Positions 18,207 through 26,283 of a stretch of DNA of 32,000 nucleotides are shown here, piece by piece. Origin of the DNA: an uncultured Draconibacterium sp. (lineage in GTDB: Bacteria > Bacteroidota > Bacteroidia > Bacteroidales > Prolixibacteraceae). A model generated the notes under the pieces. That model did not search any database. It was not told the DNA's origin and was given only the letters and a program-made list of their open reading frames with translations. Location: NCBI RefSeq assembly GCF_947492175.1, contig NZ_CANLMQ010000019.1; one strand, given 5' to 3'. Each line of letters opens with the position of its first letter. The stretch's first letter is position 1. The translations under genes were made by a program, and so were the position numbers.

Positions 18207-19538
18207 ATGATACTAATTTATTCTGATGAAGTTACACCCCGCATCGAGTACATTTTTAAATTAGTTTTTAACCAGATTTTAAAGGTAGATATTGCATTTA
18301 CCACAAATTCAGCCGAATTTCGAAAATCAGAACTGCCCAAAATAAACTATTCTGTCGAAAAATTTGGCAACGAGTTTTATATAAAACCGCATCGCATTAC
18401 GCAATGCAAAGCGTTATTAACGCCTACAATTAATTCGGTTTGGTACGAAGGTGAAAAATATTTCTGCGAAAGCTCAAAAGACTCAACACTTCCCTTCGAT
18501 CCTTTTGCAGCATCGTTTTACATAGTTACACGCCACGAAGAATATACAGAACAAAACCGCGACAAACTAAATCGTTATCCGGTACAAAAAAGCATTCTTA
18601 CAAAATATAATTTACTAAAAAAGCCCATTGTAAACATTTGGGCCAATCTGGTTGCCCAAAAACTTCAGGAAATCTATCCGGAAATTAAGTTTTCTGCCAA
18701 TAAATTCAGTTTTATTTCTACAGTCGATATTGATAATGCTTATGCATATCAAAACAAAGGTTTTTGGCGAACAACCGGAGCTTGGGCAAAGTCGTTGTTA
18801 AAAGGCGAATTATCGGAACACAAAAAAAGACAAAGAGTATTTTCAGGAAAAGAACGCGATCCGTATGACACCTACGATTACCTCGACAAAGTTTTTAAAG
18901 GCAATGAAGACAAAGTAAAATTCTTTTTCTTGTTGGGAAATTACGGGCGTTACGACAAAAATATCTCACACATCAACGATGTTTATCGTAAATTAATAAA
19001 AAACATTGCATCAAAATACGATATTGGTATTCACACATCGTTTGCAACCAGTAAAAAGGGAGGTAAGAAAAAGGTAAAAATTGAAAAACAACGCCTGGAA
19101 GAGATCGCAGGAAAAGAGATAACAAAAAGCCGGCAACATTATTTAAAACTGAAATTTCCGAAAACCTACACACGCCTTATTAAAGCAGGCATTCAGGAAG
19201 ATTATACTCTGGGTTATTCGGCACAAACCGGGTTCCGCGGAGGTATTTGTACACCCTATTTTTATTACGATTTAAAACACGAAACCACAACAAACCTGTT
19301 AATTGTTCCGTTTCAGGTAATGGACGGAACCTTACGGCACTACATGCAACTAACACCTGCCGAAGCATTTAAAGAAATAGAACAAATTATGCAGGAAGTT
19401 AAAAATGTAGGTGGTACTTTTGTAAGCATCTGGCACAACGAAACAGTGAATAATATGGGTCAGTGGGAAGGCTACCAGGAGGTATTCGAAAAAATGAATA
19501 AACTGGGTTTCGAATGGGCTAATGAAGTAAACAGTTGA
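18207..19538 (+). CDS. CE4-like putative polysaccharide deacetylase with an N-terminal domain of unknown function
   Basis: The C-terminal ~280 aa carry CE4-like blocks (STVDIDNAYAY, IGIHTSF, SRQHYLKL). The N-terminal ~160 aa (MILIYSDEVTPRIEYIFKLVF...) resemble the DUF found fused to such deacetylases in Bacteroidota. There is no signal peptide. The assignment is from memory of the family, not from a search. Confidence 0.5.
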   Translation: MILIYSDEVTPRIEYIFKLVFNQILKVDIAFTTNSAEFRKSELPKINYSVEKFGNEFYIKPHRITQCKALLTPTINSVWYEGEKYFCESSKDSTLPFDPFAASFYIVTRHEEYTEQNRDKLNRYPVQKSILTKYNLLKKPIVNIWANLVAQKLQEIYPEIKFSANKFSFISTVDIDNAYAYQNKGFWRTTGAWAKSLLKGELSEHKKRQRVFSGKERDPYDTYDYLDKVFKGNEDKVKFFFLLGNYGRYDKNISHINDVYRKLIKNIASKYDIGIHTSFATSKKGGKKKVKIEKQRLEEIAGKEITKSRQHYLKLKFPKTYTRLIKAGIQEDYTLGYSAQTGFRGGICTPYFYYDLKHETTTNLLIVPFQVMDGTLRHYMQLTPAEAFKEIEQIMQEVKNVGGTFVSIWHNETVNNMGQWEGYQEVFEKMNKLGFEWANEVNS

Positions 19539-19560
19539 GCTTCTGAACAAATATTTTTGA

Positions 19561-20484
19561 ATGACCGAAAGACTAAATTTCCGATACATTTCTCACTCCG
19601 ACATCAATTCGGTAAAATGGAACCGGTGCATTGACAATGCAGGCAATTGCAGGATTTATGCATACGACTGGCACCTTGACCGAACTGCCGAAATCTGGGA
19701 TGCATTGATTTGGGGCGATTACGAGTTTGTAATGCCACTTCCATACCGAAAAAAACTGGGGATTAACTATTTATACCAGCCTCTGTATTCGCAACAACTA
19801 GGTATCTTCCCCTCGCCAACACAAAAAGTTGAACAGGCATTTTATGAGTACCTGGCACAAAACTTCAGATATTCCGATTTACATTTAAATTCTGAAAACT
19901 TACAGCCCAAAGAAACTGGAGAACTACAGTTTCTTCCCCGGAGAAACTTTTTATTGCCGCTGGTTCACGACTATGAAGTTCTTTCTTCATCATTTTCGAA
20001 AAACACAAAACGAAATATCTCAAAAGCCAGGCGGTCGGAACTTACATTAGTTGAAGGGATTCGCCTGCAAACATACCTGAATTTTAAATCTGAGAATTTA
20101 CAGGTAAATCTTAGTAAAAAGGAATTTGGAAGTTTAAAAAGCCTTATTTCGTATGGGCTTTACAAAGGTTTTGGGCAAATTTACGGGGTTTACACAAAAG
20201 ACAATCAGTTATGTGCTGCCGTATATTTTTGCCGTTGGAAAAACCGGGTTATTTTCTTTAATGCTGCTTCCAGTCAGCAAGGGAAAGAACTGGGAGGCAT
20301 GTACTTTTTGGTGAATAAATTTATCGAACAAAATGCCGGTAAAAACCTGATCCTTGATTTCGAAGGTTCAATGATTCCCGGTGTTGCACGCTTTTATAGC
20401 GGTTTTGGAGCAAAAGCAGAAACCTATTTTCAACTTAAATTTAATCGTTTACCTTTGCTGGTTAAGTGGGTTAAACGAATGTAA
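19561..20484 (+). CDS. FemAB-like / BioF2-like GNAT-fold acyltransferase
   Basis: 307 aa. It has the W..C...A.N..IYAY.WHLD......WDALIWGDYEFVMPLPYRKKLGINYLYQP block and a C-terminal GxxLxDFEGS...GVARFYSGFGA block, as in FemAB-like GNAT proteins. There is no signal peptide. Confidence 0.55.
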   Translation: MTERLNFRYISHSDINSVKWNRCIDNAGNCRIYAYDWHLDRTAEIWDALIWGDYEFVMPLPYRKKLGINYLYQPLYSQQLGIFPSPTQKVEQAFYEYLAQNFRYSDLHLNSENLQPKETGELQFLPRRNFLLPLVHDYEVLSSSFSKNTKRNISKARRSELTLVEGIRLQTYLNFKSENLQVNLSKKEFGSLKSLISYGLYKGFGQIYGVYTKDNQLCAAVYFCRWKNRVIFFNAASSQQGKELGGMYFLVNKFIEQNAGKNLILDFEGSMIPGVARFYSGFGAKAETYFQLKFNRLPLLVKWVKRM

Positions 20485-20487
20485 AAC

Positions 20488-21462
20488 ATGGCAAATTTCC
20501 CTCGTTTTATTAGTAAACAAATTGGCCGGTTTGTGCCTGCCCAAAGGTTGTTCGGATCAGCTAGTCCGGTATTCCATCCTTTCTACCATGTGGTAAGTAA
20601 CACACAACTCCCCCACATTTTAAATTATCCCTATTTAAACGAAAAACAATTTGAGCAGGAGCTCGACTACTTCCTACGGTTTTTTAAGCCTGTTTCGCTT
20701 GAGGAACTATACAACAACTCACATTCGAAAGGAAATATTTTTCATTTGAGTTTCGATGACGGACTGCGGGAGTGTGCCGAAATTGTTGCACCCCTTTTAT
20801 TAAAAAAAGGAGTGCCTGCAACATTTTTCGTAAATAGCGGATTTATCGATAATAAGGAGTTGTTTCATCGTTACAAAGCCAGTTTAATTGCAACGGAAAT
20901 GGCTAAGCACCCCGATTCGGAAGCACAGCTCTTTTTGCAAGAAAATAACCTAAACTGCAAAAGCATTTTACAAGCCGGCTTCACACAGCGCGATATTCTG
21001 AACACAGCGGCAGAAATTCTGGAACTCGATTTTAATGCTTTTTTAAATGAACAGAAACCCTACTTATCAACTGAGCAAATTAAAGAACTTCACCAAAAAG
21101 GATTTTCAATTGGCGGCCACAGTCATAAACATCCGGAGTTTTGGAAAATTCCAGAGAAAAAGCAACTAAAACATATCCGGAAAAGTATGGAATGGGTAAA
21201 CGCAAATGTAGATCAGGAAATTAAGGCATTTTCATTTCCGTTTACCGACGATGGCATTTCATCAAAACTGATTACGAAGTTAAAAACGAAAAATATTTGC
21301 GACATAACATTTGGTACTGCCGGAGTAAAATACGACGAGATTACTTCTCATTTTCAACGCTATCCGGCTGAACAAAGAGGCGATTTCAGGAATAACCTGA
21401 AAGCTGAATTTGTATATTTTAAACTGCGTAAAATAATTGGTAAAGCAACTGTAAAACATTGA
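20488..21462 (+). CDS. polysaccharide deacetylase (NodB homology / CE4)
   Basis: CE4 motif 1 is LSFDDGLRE (TFDDG-type) and motif 2 is GGHSHKHP (H-S-x-x-H). FSFPFTDDG sits in the motif 3 position. There is no signal peptide. Confidence 0.8.
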   Translation: MANFPRFISKQIGRFVPAQRLFGSASPVFHPFYHVVSNTQLPHILNYPYLNEKQFEQELDYFLRFFKPVSLEELYNNSHSKGNIFHLSFDDGLRECAEIVAPLLLKKGVPATFFVNSGFIDNKELFHRYKASLIATEMAKHPDSEAQLFLQENNLNCKSILQAGFTQRDILNTAAEILELDFNAFLNEQKPYLSTEQIKELHQKGFSIGGHSHKHPEFWKIPEKKQLKHIRKSMEWVNANVDQEIKAFSFPFTDDGISSKLITKLKTKNICDITFGTAGVKYDEITSHFQRYPAEQRGDFRNNLKAEFVYFKLRKIIGKATVKH

Positions 21463-22541
21463 ATTTAACGATAAAAAAAATACGGATAAAAGAGTTAGAG
21501 GAGTTTACAAACAGTAAAGCTTTTTACAATCTCAGGTTTATTCCCATCTCCCCCCTCCGGGCCCGATCGTATCTGGGCAATCCACATTCCAATCCCGATG
21601 ATGTTGTTTTATATCTCGGTTTTATTGCAGATCGTTTGGTTGCTTTCCGAACTCTGTTTGCCGATGTTTTAAACTCCAGAAACGAACAAATTAGATTTGG
21701 ATGGTGCAGCGGAGCGTGGGTTCACCCGGATTTTAGAAGAAAAGGTTTTTCGAAACAACTTTTAAACGAAGCCTACAACGATTGGGACAAAAAACTGATG
21801 TTTACCAACTATACACCATTATCCGAAAAATTAATACAGGAAACCGGATGGTTTAAATCCATTCACCAGTTTAAAGGTGTACGTGCGTATTTATTCCCAA
21901 AAACAAAAAAGTTAATTGCAAAGGCAAATTCAAACCTCTTCTTCAAATTCGTTTTTACGATTATTGACTTTTTTATCCTGATCTGTTCAAACATCCGTTT
22001 ATGTTTTTATTCGGGCCAAAACTATTCTTCAGTTCAATTTGAAACGCTTGAATTCCCTGATAAGGAATGTTATCAGCTAACCGGTAAAGATAAAACGGAG
22101 TACAACCGCGGAGAAAAAGAACTGAAATGGATTTTTAACAATCCCTGGATTTCTTCCGACAAAAAAGACGACCAGAGCAATTACCCCTTTTCGTCGTTCT
22201 CCAACTCTTTTTATTACCGAACAGTCAAACTTTTCTCAAAAAATAAGCTCGAGGGATTTATTGTTTTTTCGGTTCGCGAAGGACACCTAAAAACACTTTA
22301 TACAAATTTACCTGACGAATATTTTGCAGAAATAACAACTTATTTAAAATCCTTCTGCAAACAGAACAAAATTGAAGTGCTAACTATCTATAAAAAAGCG
22401 CTGGCAGCAGAGTTGTTTAAAAGAAATTTCCCATTTTTGCATGTTAAAAAATACGGCCAAAAAATATACAGCACATTCGAATTTAATTGCAACAAAGTTT
22501 ATCTGTTTCAAGATGGCGATGGCGATGTATTTTTTACCTAA
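21459..22541 (+). CDS. GNAT family N-acyltransferase with a long C-terminal extension
   Basis: GNAT motif A is present (GAWVHPDFRRKGFSKQLLNEAY). The only start compatible with the domain is the TTG at 21459, which overlaps the upstream TGA as TTGA. The first in-frame ATG is codon 114, beyond motif A. The C-terminal ~230 aa has one hydrophobic segment and a second GNAT-like ending (LFQDGDGDVFF). Confidence 0.65.
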   Translation: MNLTIKKIRIKELEEFTNSKAFYNLRFIPISPLRARSYLGNPHSNPDDVVLYLGFIADRLVAFRTLFADVLNSRNEQIRFGWCSGAWVHPDFRRKGFSKQLLNEAYNDWDKKLMFTNYTPLSEKLIQETGWFKSIHQFKGVRAYLFPKTKKLIAKANSNLFFKFVFTIIDFFILICSNIRLCFYSGQNYSSVQFETLEFPDKECYQLTGKDKTEYNRGEKELKWIFNNPWISSDKKDDQSNYPFSSFSNSFYYRTVKLFSKNKLEGFIVFSVREGHLKTLYTNLPDEYFAEITTYLKSFCKQNKIEVLTIYKKALAAELFKRNFPFLHVKKYGQKIYSTFEFNCNKVYLFQDGDGDVFFT

Positions 22542-22552
22542 TTAGTAGAATT

Positions 22553-23215
22553 ATGGAAGTAAAAGTTTTAGGGAACAACCACTCAATTTTAGATCAGTAC
22601 CTTGCTGAAATCAGAGATATTTCGATTCAAACAGATCCGCTTCGTTTTCGCGACAACTTAAACCGTATTGGCGAACTATTCGCATACGAAATAAGTAAGG
22701 AAATGCCATTTGAAGTAAACAATGTGCAAACACCACTTGGAGTAGCAAAAGTTCCAAAATTAGGACAGCAGCCTGTTTTGGCTACTATTTTGCGTGCCGG
22801 GCTGGCCATGCACAACGGATTGCTGCGTATTTTCGATCGTGCTGAAAACTGTTTTATTTCGGCTTACCGGAAATATACCGACGCAGGTGAATTTGATATT
22901 GAATTTGAATACATGGCTTCACCGTCTCTGGATAAAAAAGTAGTAATTCTTTCTGATCCGATGCTGGCCTCCGGAAAGTCGATGGAAATAGGTTACGAAG
23001 CATTATTTAGCAAAGGAACTCCATCGCATGTACATTTAATAGCAATTATTGCCAGCCAGGAAGGTGTTGATTACATTCTTGAAAATATTAAAGCCGATAA
23101 TGTAACGCTGTGGCTTGGTGCCATCGATCCTGAAATGACTCCAAAGTCGTACATTGTTCCGGGATTAGGCGACGCCGGCGATTTGGCTTTTGGAGAAAAA
23201 ATAGACTCGAAATAG
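22553..23215 (+). CDS. upp: uracil phosphoribosyltransferase
   Basis: The start is taken at the ATG at 22553 (MEVKVLG...); the track start at 22487 is a TTG inside the upstream gene. It has the PRPP loop DPMLASGKS and the C-terminal YIVPGLGDAGDLAFG. Confidence 0.93.
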   Translation: MEVKVLGNNHSILDQYLAEIRDISIQTDPLRFRDNLNRIGELFAYEISKEMPFEVNNVQTPLGVAKVPKLGQQPVLATILRAGLAMHNGLLRIFDRAENCFISAYRKYTDAGEFDIEFEYMASPSLDKKVVILSDPMLASGKSMEIGYEALFSKGTPSHVHLIAIIASQEGVDYILENIKADNVTLWLGAIDPEMTPKSYIVPGLGDAGDLAFGEKIDSK

Positions 23216-23244
23216 TCATACCAATATTACATTTTGGTCTCAAA

Positions 23245-23287
23245 CAAAAATAATGAGCTTTCCTGAAAACAGGGCAGCTCATTTTTC
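23245..23287. terminator. bidirectional intrinsic terminator between convergent upp and the FNR-like gene
   Basis: AAUGAGCU (23252-59) pairs with AGCUCAUU (23276-83), with an inner CCUG/CAGG stem and an AAAA loop. U-runs follow the stem on both strands. Confidence 0.72.
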
Positions 23288-23303
23288 AAATTGTATTATT
23301 ATT

Positions 23304-23984
23304 TTAAAAGTAGACTTCTACCGTAATATTTTCGCGGCCAAATCCTTTGTCGCTTAATATTTCCATCGAATCAAAAATCATATCGCTGTTTCCACACAAG
23401 TAAAAACAGGTATTTTTATCAAATTCTGTTTTTTTAAGGTACTCCGTTACACGCCCGTTAAAATCGCCTCTTTTATCACGTGAAGTACATAGTGTTAACC
23501 TGTCGGCATTGTATTCCTCTTTTTCGTAACCTTCTTCCAGGGTGCGCACACCGTGAATTAAATGATAATCAAGATTGGGATTACTTTTTACAATGCTGTG
23601 AAAAGGAGCAATTCCGGTACCACTGGCAATAAAAACATGTTTGTGGCTTTCTCTGTTTTTTTCATCCAGTCCAAACTTTCCGAAAGGTCCGTGCACCTCC
23701 ACCATATCACCTACTTTCAAGTGCTTCAATTTAGGAGAGAAATACCCGCCATCTACTTCCTTTACCAGTACCTCAAGATTTTCGTCTTCTTCGGCACTGT
23801 AAATTGAATATTCGCGGCTTTGGTAATCGCCCGATATGGATAACGACACATGTTGTCCGGCCTCAAATTTAAAGCGGCTCTTGGGCAGACTTAAAACAAA
23901 AGTGTGCTCTGTTAAATTCCTGATTCCAATAACTTTGTAATAATTTGTATCAAGTTGAACTTCTGGTTTCATGTCAATTGTCAT
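23304..23984 (-). CDS. ferredoxin-NADP reductase-like FAD/NAD(P)-binding oxidoreductase
   Basis: 226 aa with the FAD-binding R-E-Y-S-I-Y-S (RxYS) motif, the beta-barrel GDMVEVHGPFG and the NAD(P) motif ASGTGIAPF. An alternative start is M5 at 23972. Confidence 0.8.
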   Translation of the reverse strand: MTIDMKPEVQLDTNYYKVIGIRNLTEHTFVLSLPKSRFKFEAGQHVSLSISGDYQSREYSIYSAEEDENLEVLVKEVDGGYFSPKLKHLKVGDMVEVHGPFGKFGLDEKNRESHKHVFIASGTGIAPFHSIVKSNPNLDYHLIHGVRTLEEGYEKEEYNADRLTLCTSRDKRGDFNGRVTEYLKKTEFDKNTCFYLCGNSDMIFDSMEILSDKGFGRENITVEVYF

Positions 23985-24184
23985 GGTATTTATTTTTTAA
24001 CGTTTTGCAAAAATAGTTGATTTTTTATTTTAAAGACCTTTTAGTCTTTTATTTGGCCGATTATTTTAGATAATTAACCGATTATTAACACTATTGTTCA
24101 GTTGACATTCGTAGTTTTAGATAGAAAATTTTTAACGCCGTTTATTAATTTTTATAGCAAAACCATAAAAACAACTATTCAAAA

Positions 24185-24688
24185 ATGAAAACACTGATCG
24201 CCTACAGCACCACTCACGGATGCACTGAAAAAACAGCCAACGAACTAAAAGACTCTTTAGGAGGTGAAGTACATCTCGTTAATTTAAAACACAATCCTAA
24301 TCTGGATCTAGCAGAATTCCATAAAGTAATAATCGGAGGTTCAATTCATGCCGGCCAGGTTCAGAAAAAAGTAAAAGAATTTTGTAACAAGAATTTAACT
24401 GCACTTCAGGAGAAAGAACTTGGTTTATTTATTTGTTGCATGAAAGAAGGAGAAGAAGCGCAAAATCAACTACTTGATGCATTTCCGCAGGCATTAATTC
24501 AAAAAGCGAAAGCTACCGCTTATTTTGGCGGTGAATTCACTTTTGAAAAAATGAATTTCCTGCAAAAAATGATTGTTAAAAAAGTGGCCCGTGTTGAACA
24601 CAGTACTTCAAAAGTAGACCACGAAGCAATTCTAAGTTTCTCAAAAAGAATGGACAAGATATTTAATCCGTTTCTGTTTTTAATTTAA
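24185..24688 (+). CDS. flavodoxin-domain protein (HemG-like long-loop flavodoxin family)
   Basis: 167 aa with MKTLIAYSTTHGCTEK (an FMN phosphate loop, S/T-x-x-G-x-T) and VIIGGSIHAG. The overall layout matches HemG/Flavodoxin_5-type proteins. Confidence 0.72.
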   Translation: MKTLIAYSTTHGCTEKTANELKDSLGGEVHLVNLKHNPNLDLAEFHKVIIGGSIHAGQVQKKVKEFCNKNLTALQEKELGLFICCMKEGEEAQNQLLDAFPQALIQKAKATAYFGGEFTFEKMNFLQKMIVKKVARVEHSTSKVDHEAILSFSKRMDKIFNPFLFLI

Positions 24689-25401
24689 AAATTCAAGTAA
24701 AAATACCGGGTTAATTTTATAAACTCCTCTGAATATCCAGATCCGGTTATAGCATATACAGGGAAGCAGTCTTTTGTACAGTCTGCTTCTATTTTTCCAA
24801 ACTCCATTAAAACACGGTTAACGGCCTTTTTTGCATTGGGTCGTACTTCTGTTTTTCGGGTTAAAAAGAGTCCCTTTGCTATGGCAATCTTAATAAATTC
24901 TTCAGCAGGATCGCAGGGTAAAATTACAGCTAATTTTCCGTTGCTGTTTAAGAGATTAACCGAAGTAGTAACCAATTCCGGGAACGACATTGAATCGTTA
25001 TGACGGGCCAGCGTTCGGCCTGTGTTACTAGCTTTTAAACTATTACTGAAAAACGGAGGATTCGAAACAATAAGATCGAACGTTTCTGCTGTGTTGTTTC
25101 CAAAATCCTGAAAAGAACAGTTTAGTACATCAATTCTGTTTCCCCATTTTGAAGCAGCCACATTGTTCTTTGCTTCAGCAGCAGCGTTTTCTTCAATTTC
25201 TATGGCCGTAATTTTTGCAATTGAACGTTGTGCAAGCATTAAAGCAATTAAACCGGTGCCTGTACCAACATCCAGTATTTTCTTACAATTTTCAACGCCG
25301 GTCCAGGCTCCCAGCAAAACACCATCGGTACCCACTTTCATGGCCGTTTTTTCCTGCCTGACCGTAAACTCTTTAAATTGAAAATAGTTGTTTTTATCCA
25401 T
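24685..25401 (-). CDS. trmN6: tRNA1(Val) (adenine37-N6)-methyltransferase (YfiC/TrmN6 family)
   Basis: FQFKEFTVRQEKTAMKVGTDGVLLGAW at the N-terminus, the SAM motif DVGTGTGLIALMLAQR and the catalytic NPPFF. Confidence 0.8.
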   Translation of the reverse strand: MDKNNYFQFKEFTVRQEKTAMKVGTDGVLLGAWTGVENCKKILDVGTGTGLIALMLAQRSIAKITAIEIEENAAAEAKNNVAASKWGNRIDVLNCSFQDFGNNTAETFDLIVSNPPFFSNSLKASNTGRTLARHNDSMSFPELVTTSVNLLNSNGKLAVILPCDPAEEFIKIAIAKGLFLTRKTEVRPNAKKAVNRVLMEFGKIEADCTKDCFPVYAITGSGYSEEFIKLTRYFYLNF

Positions 25402-25434
25402 AAATAGTAATGAAATGTTACACTGTTTAAAAGC

Positions 25435-26208
25435 TTAAAACTTTTCGAAAACTCCCAACCCAAACAAGGCAAAGTCGTATTTCACAGGATCATTTTGATC
25501 AAACTTTCGCAGCGATGATGTGATTTCTTCCACGGCTTTCCAATCGTTTGATTTCCGTTGTAAAAGCCCCAGTTTTCTTCCGACATTTCCGGTATGCACA
25601 TCAAGCGGCAACATAAGTGCAGAAGTTGGTATTCCTTGCCACAAACCAAAATCGACTCCTGCATTATCTTTCCTCGCCATCCAGCGCAAATACATGTTCA
25701 GCCTTTTCCCCGAAGCTCCCTTTTCTACATTCGAAATATGTTTTCGGGTACGCTCTCCTGCAATTTCAAAAAACACCTTGTAAAAATAAAACAATGCCGA
25801 CTTAATTGTATTTTCCTGTTGAAATCCCTTTTCGAAAACAGCTTGCAAACTACCATGATTGGCATAAATATTCCGAAGCGAGTGAATAAAATAAATACAG
25901 TCGGTACCATTAAAAGTGCGATGCACAAAATGTTCCAGTTTCTTTATCTCATATTCAGAAGCATGTAAAACAAAATCGTGAGGTTGATTGTCGAGCATGC
26001 TCAACAAACGCAAAGCATTTTTTATTATCGCTGCCCGGTTTCCCCATGAAATAGTTGCCGTTAAAAAACCCGCTATCTCGATATTCTCTTTTTCAGAAAA
26101 TTGCTTGGGAACCTGAATTGGATCGGATTCAATAAAATTAGGACGATTAAACTCTTCCACTTTTTCATCCAGAAAATTCTTTAGATCTGCACTATTTTCC
26201 ATTGGCAT
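25435..26208 (-). CDS. TIGR02757 (DUF2400) family uncharacterised protein
   Basis: 257 aa. The family was recognised from overall sequence character (FIESDPIQ.P, ISWGNR, NMYLRWMAR, LPLDVH, YDFALFGLG). It has no characterised member that I know of. Confidence 0.62.
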   Translation of the reverse strand: MPMENSADLKNFLDEKVEEFNRPNFIESDPIQVPKQFSEKENIEIAGFLTATISWGNRAAIIKNALRLLSMLDNQPHDFVLHASEYEIKKLEHFVHRTFNGTDCIYFIHSLRNIYANHGSLQAVFEKGFQQENTIKSALFYFYKVFFEIAGERTRKHISNVEKGASGKRLNMYLRWMARKDNAGVDFGLWQGIPTSALMLPLDVHTGNVGRKLGLLQRKSNDWKAVEEITSSLRKFDQNDPVKYDFALFGLGVFEKF

Positions 26209-26229
26209 AATTTAGTAAAAAGATTGAAC

Positions 26230-26283
26230 CCGGATACTGGATTACTTGATACCAGATTACTGGATTTCAGGACAGCCGGATTA
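26230..26283. repeat. degenerate tandem octamer array, consensus CYGGATTA (TAATCCRG on the minus strand)
   Basis: Contiguous units are CCGGATA, CTGGATTA, CTTGATA, CCAGATTA, CTGGATTT, CAGGACAG and CCGGATTA. A further GGATTTT occurs at 26292. It lies in the spacer between the ABC ATPase stop and the TIGR02757 start. Confidence 0.6.
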
